A stretch of DNA of 63,894 nt, filler included, from Collodictyon triciliatum (Eukaryota), in the NCBI GenBank assembly GCA_043381765.1. It is 3 parts of 3 records of this genome, joined end to end, with 100 filler letters (N's around TTAATTAATTAA, not from the genome) between each part and the next. Parts side by side here need not be neighbours in the genome. Positions count along the whole stretch, not along the records: positions 21,370 to 42,602 come from JBHJMP010001195.1; 2 more parts are not named here. One strand, given 5' to 3'. The position numbers and the translations under genes are program-made. Shown in pieces: positions 25,527 through 38,900 of the stretch (its first letter is position 1; every line of letters begins with the position of its first letter). A model generated the notes under the pieces. The model was not told the DNA's origin, searched no databases, and was given only the letters and a program-made list of their open reading frames with translations.

Positions 25527-27905
25527 CTACTGGCCGAGCGCCGCCTTCAAAGAACCATCGGCCGCCATCTCCTCGACAATGTCCACGCCGCCAATGAGCT
25601 CGCCCTCGTGGTAGAGCTGAGGATACGTGGGCCAGTTGCTGTATTCCTTGAGTCCTTGCCTCACGTCCTCGTCCAGCAGAATGTCAAATGTCCCAAACAC
25701 AACCCCGCTTGCGTGGAGAATATCCACAATCTTGCGGGAGAACTTGCACTGCGGCCGCTCAGCAGAGCCCTTCATAAAGAGCATCGTTGGCTGCGACGTG
25801 ACAAGCGCTCTCAGTCGCGCCTCCAGCTGTGCTTTTGCGTGGGCTGTCGTGGCCTCTGCAGGAATCAGGCCGAGAAGCTCGCCGGTCTCGTGGAGTTCCT
25901 TGGTGATGTCCACGCCCCCGACCAGTTCGCCCTTCACATAGAGCTGCGGGTATGTGGGCCAGTTGCTGAATGTGCGCAGCCCTTCTCGCACTTGGTTGTC
26001 AGAGAGGATGTCAAAGAATCCAAACTTGATGCCGTTCTTGTCCAGGAGGTCTACAATCTGTCGGCTGAATCCGCATCTGTAGTTGTGAGGCACAATGAGA
26101 ATCGCTGATAATAATAAAAAAAAAGAAAAGAAAAGAAAAGAAAAGAAAAAAAAGACAGTATGGATAAAATAATCAAAATGTATATAAGAGGAAGAGAACC
26201 AGAAACGTAATATCACACCAGCAAAATCTAATTGATACGGTTGGAAATAGCATCATAGTAACAAACTTTGGTGCCTGCGGCTCTCCCTTCATAAACAGCA
26301 TCACAGGCTCTCTGTTGACCAATTGTTCCAGGCGGGCATTCAAGGCTTTCAAAGCCGCCTCTGGGTCTGTGGGTGCAGAAGGATGGGAAGAAGACGGTTC
26401 TGTGGCTGGAATGGGCTCGGTATTGAACTTGGTCACTTTTTGGGCTAGTTGTGCAGGATTGACGCCTTCCACTTTGTCAAGCACACGGCCTCTCTGTAGT
26501 TTTGTGGATACAAACAAACAAAAACAAAGCATACCGCCGTGAATATGGCTATAATGTGGTGAAAAAAAAGTCATAGAAGTATATCAGAATAAAAAATCAG
26601 AATAAGAAAATCAGAATAAAAACAGAATATAAAAACAGAATATAAAAACAGAATATAAAAACAGAATATAAAAACAGAATATAAAAACAGAATATAAAAA
26701 CAGAATATAAAACAGAATATAAAAACAGAATATAAAAACAGAATATAAAAACAGAATATAAAAAAAGAATATAAAAAANNNNNNNNNNNNNNNNNNNNNN
26801 NNNNNNNNNNNNNNNNNNNNNNNNNNNNNNNNNNNNNNNNNNNNNNNNNNNNNNNNNNNNNNNNNNNNNNNNNNNNNNNNNNNNNNNNNNNNNNNNNNNN
26901 NNNNNNNNNNNNNNNNNNNNNNNNNNNNNNNNNNNNNNNNNNNNNNNNNNNNNNNNNNNNNNNNNNNNNNNNNNNNNNNNNNNNNNNNNNNNNNNNNNNN
27001 NNNNNNNNNNNNNNNNNNNNNNNNNNNNNNNNNNNNNNNNNNNNNNNNNNNNNNNNNNNNNNNNNNNNNNNNNNNNNNNNNNNNNAAAAGAATAAAAAAA
27101 GAATAAAAAAGAATAAAAAAATCAGAATAAAAAAATCAGAATAAAAAAATCAGAATAAAAAAATCAGAATAAAAAAATCAGAATAAAAAAAATCAGAAAA
27201 AAAATCAGAATAAAAAAAATCAGAATAAAAAAATCAGAATAAAAAAATCAGAATAAAAAAAATCAGAATAAAAAAAATCAGAATAAAAAAATCAGAATAA
27301 AAAAAATCAGAATAAAAAAAATCAGAATAAAAAAACTGATATTATATTTATCTATATAGTTAGATAAATATAATATCAAAAACAGAATATAACAATTTTA
27401 AAAACATAATAAAAGATAAAATGTAAGTTAATTAAACGTGAGAATAGAAAAAACAGAGAAGATAAGACATCCACCATCTCGCGCAAACTGAAAAGAATAA
27501 ATACAAAGAATTAAAATCATAAAAACTATGAAAAATGAAAAAAAAAACCATATTACCAAGAGGAAGAGAACAGTAGGTACAGACTCGACGCCATACTTAT
27601 CCGTGGCTTCCGAGACCGATTCGCTGTTAACCTAGACAGTTAGACACCCAAAGGCAAGGTTAGATAGTAAAGATCGACCCAAAAGCAGGGCCCAAAGCAA
27701 CCAGGAGTGAGAAACATGGAATGGTAAGTCTGACCTGAGCAAAGACCAGGTTCTGATTGGACGGAAGCAGAGCAGTCAGCAGTTGCGAGACCGAGCGGCA
27801 GGGAGAAGCCCAGTCGGCTGCAAAGAGCGCAACAACAATATTTGGTCTCGTGATGAGCGCTGCAAACTCTGCGGCGCTGTTGACGACTTCGAGGGCCTGA
27901 CTCAT
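25527..27905 (-). CDS. GLRX3: Multidomain monothiol glutaredoxin (thioredoxin-like + 2 Grx domains; GRX3/PICOT type)
   Basis: FAADWASPC Trx domain, [24 protein letters not shown]...[10 protein letters not shown], and a second Grx domain [16 protein letters not shown]...[10 protein letters not shown]. Confidence 0.93.
26583..27335. repeat. Intronic minisatellites (AAAAACAGAATAT)n and (AAAAAATCAGAAT)n spanning a gap
   Basis: Direct reading; inside a glutaredoxin intron. Confidence 0.9.
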
Positions 27906-28082
27906 TCTGCGAGAAAAAGCTGCTTCACTATGCGATTGGATTGGTTGCTGCAAGGGGCGTGTATTCAGTAATGGTTGTTTTTATTGTTCCTCTTCCTCTT
28001 CCTCTTCCTCTTCCTCTTCCTCTTCCTCCTCCTTCTCCTTCTCCTTCTCCTTCTCTTTCTTTTGTTCTCGCTTGTCTAGTTT

Positions 28083-28600
28083 TTAGCTGGTTTGGACTGC
28101 TATTTTTTTTTGCTCTTTCGAAGCCACCTCTATCTGAAGCATGTTTGCCTGATGCGATCCTCCGCCACACGGTTCTGAGAGCAGAAAGGTTGCAAAAGAA
28201 GCGAAGGCAAAATAAAGTAAAACAAAGGTAAAGCGTCCCTTCAGCAATCGGCACGAAAGCTGCACACACAGTGATGAGGAAGGTGCTGCGGTGGAAAAGT
28301 CAGTATGCAAGCAAACAACTGGGCTCTGTCGCCAGTCGGTTGTCTTTCTTTTCCCCCCTTTTTTAATCACTCCTGTCAGCTTGTGCAAGATGGTACGGAT
28401 GTTGGCTTTGGTTCGCGAGCCATCATTTGCATGGACGCTGCTTGGTGGCCGGGTGGTGAAGTAGTCGGTAATCAGGATTTCATCCAGCGCTTTGCCCCTT
28501 TTTCCTGAGTCTTGTGCTTGCGTGAGAGAGATAAGATGAGGTTGAATCTCTTTCTCAGCCTCTTTCCACATGGTTCTTCTTACAGGGTCTGGTTAATAAG
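28083..28600 (-). CDS. Hypothetical protein exon (part of an unresolved multi-exon gene extending to ~30450)
   Basis: 162-codon ORF with plausible composition and an upstream AG acceptor; no recognisable motif. Confidence 0.3.
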
Positions 28601-31600
28601 AGTGTGGAGATGGCGGACTAATCAGTTGAGAAAAGGGAGTCATTTCACACTAGTAGCACCGTTTCTGCATTTTCACACTGTCTTATTTTTACATTCACGT
28701 ACAGAACTGTTGTATGTAAATACATCCTGCAAGTGTGAGAAATATAGCTTCATCCGCTTTGGTATATTGAAGTATCATTAGTTTACTTTTTACCCTTTCA
28801 TCCCATAAAATACCAGACTAATGTCCTCTTATCTTTATGTAGCACCCATTTTTTTGGCGAGTTTACTGAAATAAGCATTTTATCAAACAAAGGTCGCATC
28901 TTTTTTTTTTTTTTTTAAAAAAAAAGACATTAATCCAACCAGAGCCTGTAGTATTCCGCTCTGCACATTTGCGTTGAAAAACAGACACTATTGAATTGTT
29001 TTGGTGAGCCTTACACATGTAGATTCAACAGTTTATAATAACATAGCAATATTTTAGACTTTTTATAATTTAGAATACATTAATTATTTATTGAAATATC
29101 TACAGTTTGTATATGGATGCGAGTAGACACTATGATTCTTTCGTCATATATAAGTCGATATTGTCAACATAAGGTCTGATATCTAATATTTAAACACAGC
29201 ATTTTTATTCTTAATCATCTCGATGACTTTTTATTTTATTCATATAGCAACGGCTTCATTCATCTAATTCGACGGACTGCTCGTGAAGCAAGTGAAGGCA
29301 ACAGATGCTTCTTTTTTATTTTTATTTTTATTATTATTATTATTATAATTATTAAATCTGTTTTTTTTTATCTCACACATGGAAATCGATTGATACAGGG
29401 ACGGCATGATTTGGTCGACTTTGATAGTCCCTTCAGTCAATTCTTATCCAATATTAATGACCGTAAACACCTGTAGTCACCCAGACCCAATTGTTTTCAT
29501 TCTGAATAATATAATAATGATATATATAAAAATGATTGTGTTCATAATTATACCCAGATTGATGATAAAACTTAAAATTCGTTTAAACCATCCAGGAGCG
29601 AGTTGGAGGCCTTTGAATACCCAATACAGCCGAAAGTAGACGAAGTTGCTTGCTTATTAAGTCGTGAGGCTCACGTTTTATTACGTTGCCTGAAATGAGA
29701 GATTACATTAAACAAATGCTTTTATTTTTACCTCATTTTCTTTTATGTGATTAAAATAAAAGATCTATAAGGTTATGATTGTTTCCTGTTCCAACACGAA
29801 TATGTCTAATATCAGAATAGCTCAATACATCACATTTTTAATTGTTTATTTTGAATTTATTAAATCGAAAAATATCCAAGCATAAAAAATTGTTTTTATA
29901 AACCAGCATATAGGAATCTTCAGATTTATTATTCATTTTATCTTGATTTTCAAACGACAAGTTTGTTTAATGATGAATCAGAAGTAACGTATGAATGAAT
30001 AACGATAGTCATACTTGGGTTTATAAGAACAAACCAGCTGATGAGAGAAAACTGATGATTTAATATCAAAATATTAGTTACCAACCAACGATGATAAATG
30101 AATATTTTTGACGAGTTTTATATTTTAATAGTATTTATTGGGTCATATTTTGAATCACTTCCATCTTAGACAATGAAATATATATCTCATCTTTGCGTAT
30201 AATTAATTTTCGCTAGCTCTATCTCCCGCTCTGAATCCTGCGAAGATCATGGCAAAAGGACACGAGACAAAACAACCAAGGGAAAGGGAACTGTTCGAAC
30301 TGCTGCTACTACCGAGGAGGAGAGGGGTGGTTGGATGACTCCTAGTTTTTTCCGATGATATGAAGAGATGGTCTAAGAAACGATTTGTGGGGTGTGGGGA
30401 TGAGTTGTTGTGTGAGAAACAGTTAGTCTCAATATTGTCCATAATCTTCATAAAAATAATAATAATACATCAGTTCAATATATTCGATGTGTTAAAATTT
30501 AACGCGAAGGAACAGGTATGTTATCACAAAACCATATTCTATGGATTTATTTGAATGGCTATTTTCATGTAGTATTTTATGATTCGTATTTTATTCAAAG
30601 AAATCAATATGTTAATTATGCAAAAAATACAGTTGTGTTTCTTCAGTGCAGTTTCATTTCACTTTTCATAACCAATCAAAACTTAATAAAACACCAGAAA
30701 TGTCTATGCCTGCAGACTTCAGAACCTAACTTTTCTATTTTATTAAAAAAAACCTTTGTTTGAAAGATGAGAAAATTTATTCTGAAATCACTCCAATTTG
30801 CTAGCTGTTTCTAATTATTACAAAACCGATAAGAGTCCTTGTCGAGCTGGTGGCATCGTTTACGATGAAAGGATTATTTCAATTAATGCCTATTCTCATT
30901 ATTACAATATTCTTATTACTCAAGAGCAACTATCTGCTCGAAACATTCTCGCCTCAGTTCGCCGCCTGTGATACCACCACACCTCCGCCTGACTCGGCTG
31001 GAAATGCGCACTTGGCAACAGCTCATCTTCGCTCACATAAATCGTTGCCTCGCTTCGGCCGCCTTTTTGCTGCTGTACGGTAAGGAGCACGAAGTGTTTT
31101 ATTGGAATGAATATAAATGCATGTGTGAGATGTCTACTGAAGCTCATGTAGCTGATTTTTCTTTTTTCCTTTTCTTTTTTTCTTGGATATAGTAACGCCA
31201 CGGAGGTCAAAAGCGCCGGCTTGAAGCAAACACAACCAAGCATAGGAATGGAACCCTCCGCTCGACCAAAGCTTCCCAGCCACGCAGCTATTCGCTCCCA
31301 AAGAGCGCCCGGAAGCAGAACCTGTACGACTCGGCTGCCACGTCCGCCTTCGAGGTAAGCACAAATGCCCATAACTACTACGCCCACATACAGGAAAGGA
31401 AAGAATGAGCAAAAGTCCTGAAAGACATCGAGTGCCACGATGAGAAGAATATCACCCGGCTATTAGGTCACCTTCAAGAATATACAACAGCCTTTTCCAA
31501 AAGAAAAAATCGCCGAGAGAGAGAGAGTTAAACAATACTTGACTGTTCTTTTTTTGCCCATACGAAGAGAGGCCAGCTCTTTGCTACCCATTATCTGCGG

Positions 31601-32926
31601 CATTCCTCCTGGCTTCATCAAGGGCGACATTGGAGGTACGTGAAAATAAAACTGTCATCGCCCAAAGTGTATTTCAAAGCCTGAAAGTGTTTTTGATTAA
31701 TGATAAGCTGAACAAGAACCCAACATCAGAATTAACCAAAGTATAATAAAAGGAAATCAACTTGCATGTCACGTTTCCGTCCCTCTTTCGTACTCCGTCC
31801 CAGAACACAAGCAAAAAGGAAAAAGAAAAAAAAGGATGGTAAACACCGTCACAATACTAACAGACCGAGCTGTCATGCATAGAAAGACAATGTCGACCCT
31901 TTTAAACACAACCTCATGGAAATATGGAAGAATCAGCACTCAAGCAAAAAGTTACTTTCACAGGAGCTCCCCCTAAAAAGTGGACTGGTCCTTGGAAACG
32001 CGCCTCACCCAAAAAAAATCTTGACAAACAATCCCATGTGCAGTATTATGAAGTCAGTATTATTTCTATTTTTCATTCAAAATGTTGTTTCTATTTCATT
32101 CGAAGAGTATTGTTATACAATAAAAATTCCTAATGAAACATTTTTCATGATTTGTCTGTTAATGCAAGGCACATTTGGAAAAAACGCTTACGTTGAATGG
32201 AAGACAAGCATATAAACCTTGAAAAATCCATGCGCTGGTGGTTTGGTATATTTATATTCAAATCTGACGCAAAAATCTTCACGATGCAAACCTCACACGA
32301 TGATTAATGGAGAGTATTACATTAGTATCGGTATTAAGATTTTATTTTGTTTGTAAATTTGGCATTCTGTGGGAATATACTAACCATGACATATAATTTG
32401 AGACGTTTGCACAATTTAGAATATTTTTAAAGGATAATAAAAAATTGACCGGAATAATATCCCGAATCATCGTGCAGAGATTTGCAGACATCACATATCT
32501 TATATTTACTAAATATTTAGCATTCACAAAATATTTTATGTTTAGTGACTGTATGATACATAAGCAACCCACATCAATAGTGTTTACAGATCAAAGAAGC
32601 AGTTAAAAAAGATACATGAAATCCATCAAATGTATTGAGATATTTGCAGTCCCTTATAATTTATTTCATAATAAAGAAAAATAAAATATAATAAGAATTG
32701 ACGATATAATGAACTTTGAGCGTTAATACAATAAAACCTTGTCAGCCCATGAAACAATCTAAAACGCTTTCAAAATAAGAATCATAATTAATCAAACAAT
32801 ATCCATTCAAGAAAAAGGAGAAATAGGTTGTTATATATTAGAGTTGATTGATTATTGGCATATATTATAAGCGATGAATACGATGTTTTTATGCAACACA
32901 CACGAAGGAATAGGAATATTCGAAAC

Positions 32927-35900
32927 ATGTCTGCAACCGAAGCAAGCACCGAGGCCAACATCAGTCTTGTCACCATTGACGAAGTCTGTACAAATACATA
33001 CATTTTGATCAATAATTATTATATATATTAGAGAGGATAGATTACTTACGCCAACTACTGAGCATAGGCTGTCCTCGAATGGGTGAACCACCACCTGGGA
33101 AAAATCGAGCTCAAGGCGAAGAACATCCGCGATGACTTTACGGACGGGTTCTATTTGGCCATATTGATTGCGGCGGTTACCGGAAAGTCCTTGGGAAGCT
33201 ACCATTCCCGCTTGTTTGCGTATACTTTATTTATGATATTTAGACATTAATTCTGTAATTTTCATGGATTTGTATTTCATCCCTGTATTTATATCAGTGA
33301 CAAAGCTATTGAGGAGGAGGTTCTTGTTGACGAGAATCAAAAACTCATCATTGATTGGTTTGTGAGATTTAATGTGTGTGATGAGGCTGTTGCTTCTCAG
33401 TCCCATTTCGCTGGTTTGCTTTATTTGTTTTCAAGGGAAATAATATTGGAATTTTTCATATGTCACAATTTTATTTTGTATGAGTAATTGACATGTAAAT
33501 ATTCTTACAGATTTGGTCAATACAATTCTCCAGTATCTTATTGGACAAAGCGTTGGCCATCTGGGAAATATCGGCGTAAAAATTCTTACTTTTTTCTTCA
33601 TTTTTCACGATTTTTGAACTATGTCGAAATATAATTTCTGGTCGTTAAAAATTATAGAAAAAATGTCGTGAGAGGTACAATATTGCCAAGAGGCTCTACG
33701 AAAGAGCAAATGCCCCGTTTCCGTTCCATGGTTGAAATTCGATGTATCTTAATTTTTTTTTATGTTTTTTTATTTATTGTATTTTTTTATATGTTAACTA
33801 TATTAAATTTAAAATTTTATGCAGGTCTTGGTCTGGAAGAAAAAGGCTCTGTCGTGTTCATCCGCACTTGCATTCTTCTTGACAAGGTAGTAATAATTAA
33901 TTAAAAACATATAATGAACATTTAATAAATACATTTCGTTTTGTCGAGTATAATCGCATATGCAAACCAGATGAAGCTCGCTTGTGAAGACATGAAGGAG
34001 AGGCAATACAAGAAGTGGAATCCAGCTCCACAAAGATACATGAGCTCGATACCACTTCCCGAAATTATCTTTGAAGAGCGTGTCATCCGTGTTTTCCTTT
34101 CCTCCACTTTACGTGACATACAGCAAGAAAGAGACGAGTTTTTCAAGAACGGAGCCCCTGAGTAAGTATACTACATTTTTATAGTGAATAAATCTATGAT
34201 AAGGAATGATAATTTGATGTCACCATTCGCTTTCATAACAATATAATATTAATGACAGGTTGAAAAGACTTGCGAAATCGAAGGGACTGGACCTTGTCTT
34301 TATCGATTTGCGCTGGGGACTGACTTCTGTGGACAGTAGTGAGGGATGGGTAGTGGCTTCATTATAACATGTCATCATATTTTCAATAATTGAAATGATG
34401 TGTTGCATTTTATAAAATGGATACCTTAATTCATTCCTTTTTTCTTCATATTTATTGTAGGTTGTCATTCGCTGTCTGGACTCCATTGGAAAATGCCCAT
34501 ACTTTGTGTGCTCTCTCGGTGCGCGCTACGGCTGGATTCCTGACCAGAACAAAACGGAGCTGAATAAACAAGCCCGCCTTGAGGAGCTGCTGAAAACCAA
34601 GCCTGATGCCACCATGAAGGATATCTCTGTGGAATGGCGCAGTGAAACGAATAGCCGCTTCCCATTCATTGATGGAATGCCTGGGTTGAGTGTGACTGAA
34701 TACGAGGTGAAGTGAATCTCTACATTATATTCGGTATCGTCTCACGAATAATAACAATAGAGTAATTAAACAAATCATTCTCTAAATCATTATTCATGCT
34801 CAGATTCAGTACGCCTGTCTGATTGACAAACCAGCATGCAGCCGAGCTTTCTTTTACCTCCGCGATGAGCAGTATGCTGTCCAAAATGCCAAGAGCGAGG
34901 AAGAAAGAAAGCTATTCCAAGCTGAAAGCGAAGAGGCGGTAAAAATTGATAGAAAGTCTTTAATTTTCTTTTTTATGTTATTATGTTACTTTTATTTAAT
35001 TATTTGATTTTTTTGACATATATTATAATGTATTTTTTTTTTAGCGTAAGAGGCAGGACGAGCTCAAAGGGAAAGTCAAGGCCAAGTTCGGGCATGTTGT
35101 CTACAAAGGAGGGAAGGAGTATTCGGACTTTGTGACCTACCATCTCTCCTATGCCATCGAGCGAGACTTTGGGAAGCAAACCGTATTTTTTATTTTTAAT
35201 GGATTGAGATTTAAATATTGATTGGTGGTATATATTTCATTTCATTTATATTTTGTTATCATGACTATAATATAGGTGAGAGACCCTGAAGACCAAGCGC
35301 AGCACCAGTTCAAGATGCATCGACTGGCTGGGTTTGGCGGAAGAAAGGAGCTTCTCAAGACAATCATGGAGCAAGTAAGATAAAGATCAATTAATTAAAA
35401 ATGACATCGCTGTCTTTTTATTTTCTCTTTTCAATTCTCTTATTCTTTATTTATCAGGCCATGAGCCAGCTGAACATAGACAAGTCCAAAATCATCGTTC
35501 TTGCTGCCGAGTCTGGTATTGGAAAGTCGTCGCTCATGGCTGCTACAGTGAGAGACCTCGAAGGGCTGAAGCATCCTGGGCTGCATGTCTTTTTCCATTT
35601 TATCGGATGCACCGACCTCAGCAGTTACGTTGAAAGGTAATTTTTATTTGTAATTTTTAATGGGTTTTATGATGGTTTTGGTTGTTTTGTATATTCAAGC
35701 CTTTTTTTATTTAGCATTTCGATTCGCTTCTGGACTCTGGTCACAAACTCTGCCAACTTTGTCGAGAAAAAGAAGCAAGAAGCTGGTATTACAGTATTTT
35801 ATTTTATTTTTCAATTCAATTCAATTCAAATTTCGTGTAATTATTCATCTATTTTTTTATTTTGCCACCAGAATACGAAAAAGAGGGACTCCAGGGCTTG

Positions 35901-38900
35901 CTGAAAATGGTTCAGGAGAAAAATAAGTAATAATTATGCCAATTTTGTCTATTTTAATTATAAAATCAAAATTAAAATAATTTGAATCGAATTAAAAATT
36001 TGATATTAAATTATATATTGTAGGGACGAGATGTTTGTCTTCCTCATCGATGCCATCAACCAAATCCACCCATCGCAAGGAACGCCAGCTCCGCATCTGC
36101 TGACCTGGTTGCCCAAAGAAACGCCACCTAATGTTGCGATGGTTGTGTCGACCATTCATACCCATGAATCTTGCACGGTATTCATCATTTATTTAAGTTT
36201 TGGATATGTTTATTTTCTGCATAAAATTGATTTGAGTGGATCTTTATTAAATGTACCTGTCATAAGTCTGCCAAGCAAAGTGGACTGGAGCCGATTTCTG
36301 TCGCCAAGTTGACCGAGGGCGAAATTAAGGACGGTGTCGAATCATTCCTCATCCGCTATGACAAGACCCTGAACGAAAAGCAAGTTGGAATGATTCTGGC
36401 TGACTTTGAATATACTGGTGAGACATTTGTTAAAAGAGTGTATATTTTGATTCCTTTTTTAGTTGTATGATTTAGTTATTCATTATCTGATATTTCTATA
36501 GGCCATCCACTTTATCTCCGCATCATTCTGGATGAGGTCAGGATCTTTGGCGTCTATGAGAAGATTGATGAAGAACTGTTTGTGCTGCTTTCTACGGATG
36601 GTGTCATTGAGCTTTACACTCTCATTATCAAGCGCTGGCAACTGAAGTTTGACAGGAAAGGTGAGTATTGGTTTCATATTTCACAAAAAAAAAAAAGCAA
36701 TATAATTGAAACTTTTATTGATCGATACTTTTTCAGTGGCCTCATCTGATGGAAAAGAGACAATGAAGGTCGAGTATGTCTCTCTCTCGATGAAGGTTCT
36801 GTTTGTCTCTCGTATTGGTTTGAGTGAAGGTGACTTGGACAAGTACATGAAAGATGCGATTGGCACAGGATTCGAGCTTGCTGAGTGGTTTGCTTACTCT
36901 TGAATATTAATAGAATTAAAAGGTTTGCCCTTTTCTTTTCTTTTTTATTTGACTTATCTTTTATCCATTCAAATAGGAAATCCTTCTTCTTTACCCTTAT
37001 CGAGTCGCTTTTCGTCCGCAATGGAAGGTTAGTGTCAATATTCAGTCTTTTTGATTCATTAATATGTTTTTCTGTTATAATTCTATGTTGGATAAAAGCC
37101 TTAATTACTTATATCAAAGATGCATGTACTTCCACCAGCTGCTGCTGGAGACCTCCCAAAAGGTCTACTTCTCCGAAGAGAAAGAGGTGGAAAAAACGCA
37201 CGAAAAATACGGAAAATGGCTGTTTGGACAGTATTCTGAGGCTGCTGACGCGGATGAGGAGCTTGCTGCTGAGATTTGCTACCAACTTCTGAAGGGCAGT
37301 TTGTTTGACTTGCTTGTCGAATACATGAAGCAAAAACATGTAATTTTTTATTTTTTATTTTTCGATTATTCTTAGTTATAATGAAACGGCATTCACTGAT
37401 TAATTTTAATACTTTATAGGTTATCAGTATCATGCTCGGCGGTCGCTATCGCTACGAGTTCTTTACATGCTGGAGAGCAATCAACGCAAGTGGAGCAGCA
37501 AACTACAAAGATGTTTATGGAAGCTTGGCTAAGGTAATTTATAATTTTTTTAAAAATTTTTGAAGGTTACTACTCACAAATTTAATTATCAATCATGATA
37601 TATCTATTAATTTTTTTTTGTTTTTTTCAGTCTTTGGATAAAGTGGGAGACCTGCTGGTTGGATTTTTCTTGGAGTCTTTTGAGAACTCGTTTTTGTTGT
37701 CTGTACTGAATGTGCGTCTTGGAAAGCATCAGACAGAAGGTATACAATTTGTTATCTTTTTTGATGAATTTATGCAATGAAGATGAGTTGATGTGTGGAC
37801 ATATTGAATAATCTGCGAATTTACAGATGCAAAGGCTGCTGATTACCTGAATCTTGGTCGTGTCTACAAGAATCTCCAAAAGTAAAGAAAAAAGAACAAA
37901 TAAAATTTTGATTATCGATTAATACAAGATTATAAAATATAATGAAAACTTTTCTAAAATAAAAATTAAAAAGCTGGGCGGAGTCCATGGTCTACTACAA
38001 GAAATGCCTCGATGCAGTTGAGAAAAATGAAGATGATTCCCTGGGTATCGCTACCATTCACGAAGAGATGGGAATTATCTACCAACATCAGGATAAGTAA
38101 GTCTCGCTCGCCACTTAAAATATTAAATATAGTTAATGTTACAAAAAAAGGTGTTCTGATATATTATTTACACAGAATTGATGAAGCCCTCCACGAATAC
38201 AAGAAATCCCTGGACTTTAGAATAAAAAAACTGGGCGAAAACGACTTGCAAGTGGCCCAATCGTACGACCGCTTCGGAGACATATATGTGAAACAGTCAA
38301 AGTAACATTTGAATAATTTATATTCGCTGATTTTCTGCTTTTATATTGTAAATTAATTTATGCTGATCAATTTTTTATGATAGGAATGAGCAAGCTCTGG
38401 CTGAATACACAAAGGCCATGAAAATCCGCCAAAAGAAAGTCGGAAACGAGCATCCTCTTGTCGCAACATCGCACCAGAACTATGGTCATGTCTCTCTGGC
38501 TGGGAAAAAGTAGCTTAGTTATTCGATTTAACCTGATTTTAAATATTATCATCATTTTTGAGAAATATTAATATGATTGAATCACAAAGGTATGAAGAGT
38601 CTATTGACAACTACGAAAAAGCGAAAGCAATCCTTGAAAAATCATTGGGAGCCAAGCATGCATCTGTTGCCTCGACAATCCAGTTTATTGCGAACGTTCA
38701 TCTTGCCAGTGGAAAGTTGAAATTTCTAAATTTTAGATATTTGCATACATAATTTTCCTTTCTTTTAATTTTTGCAAAAAGAGTGTGGCTTTATATCTTT
38801 CATTTGTATGGACTCTATTTAGGGTTATATTTTTGATAATAAAATTTAAAGTATTTAATAACCAAAACCATCGTATTATATAGGAAAACTGAGGCCTTAT

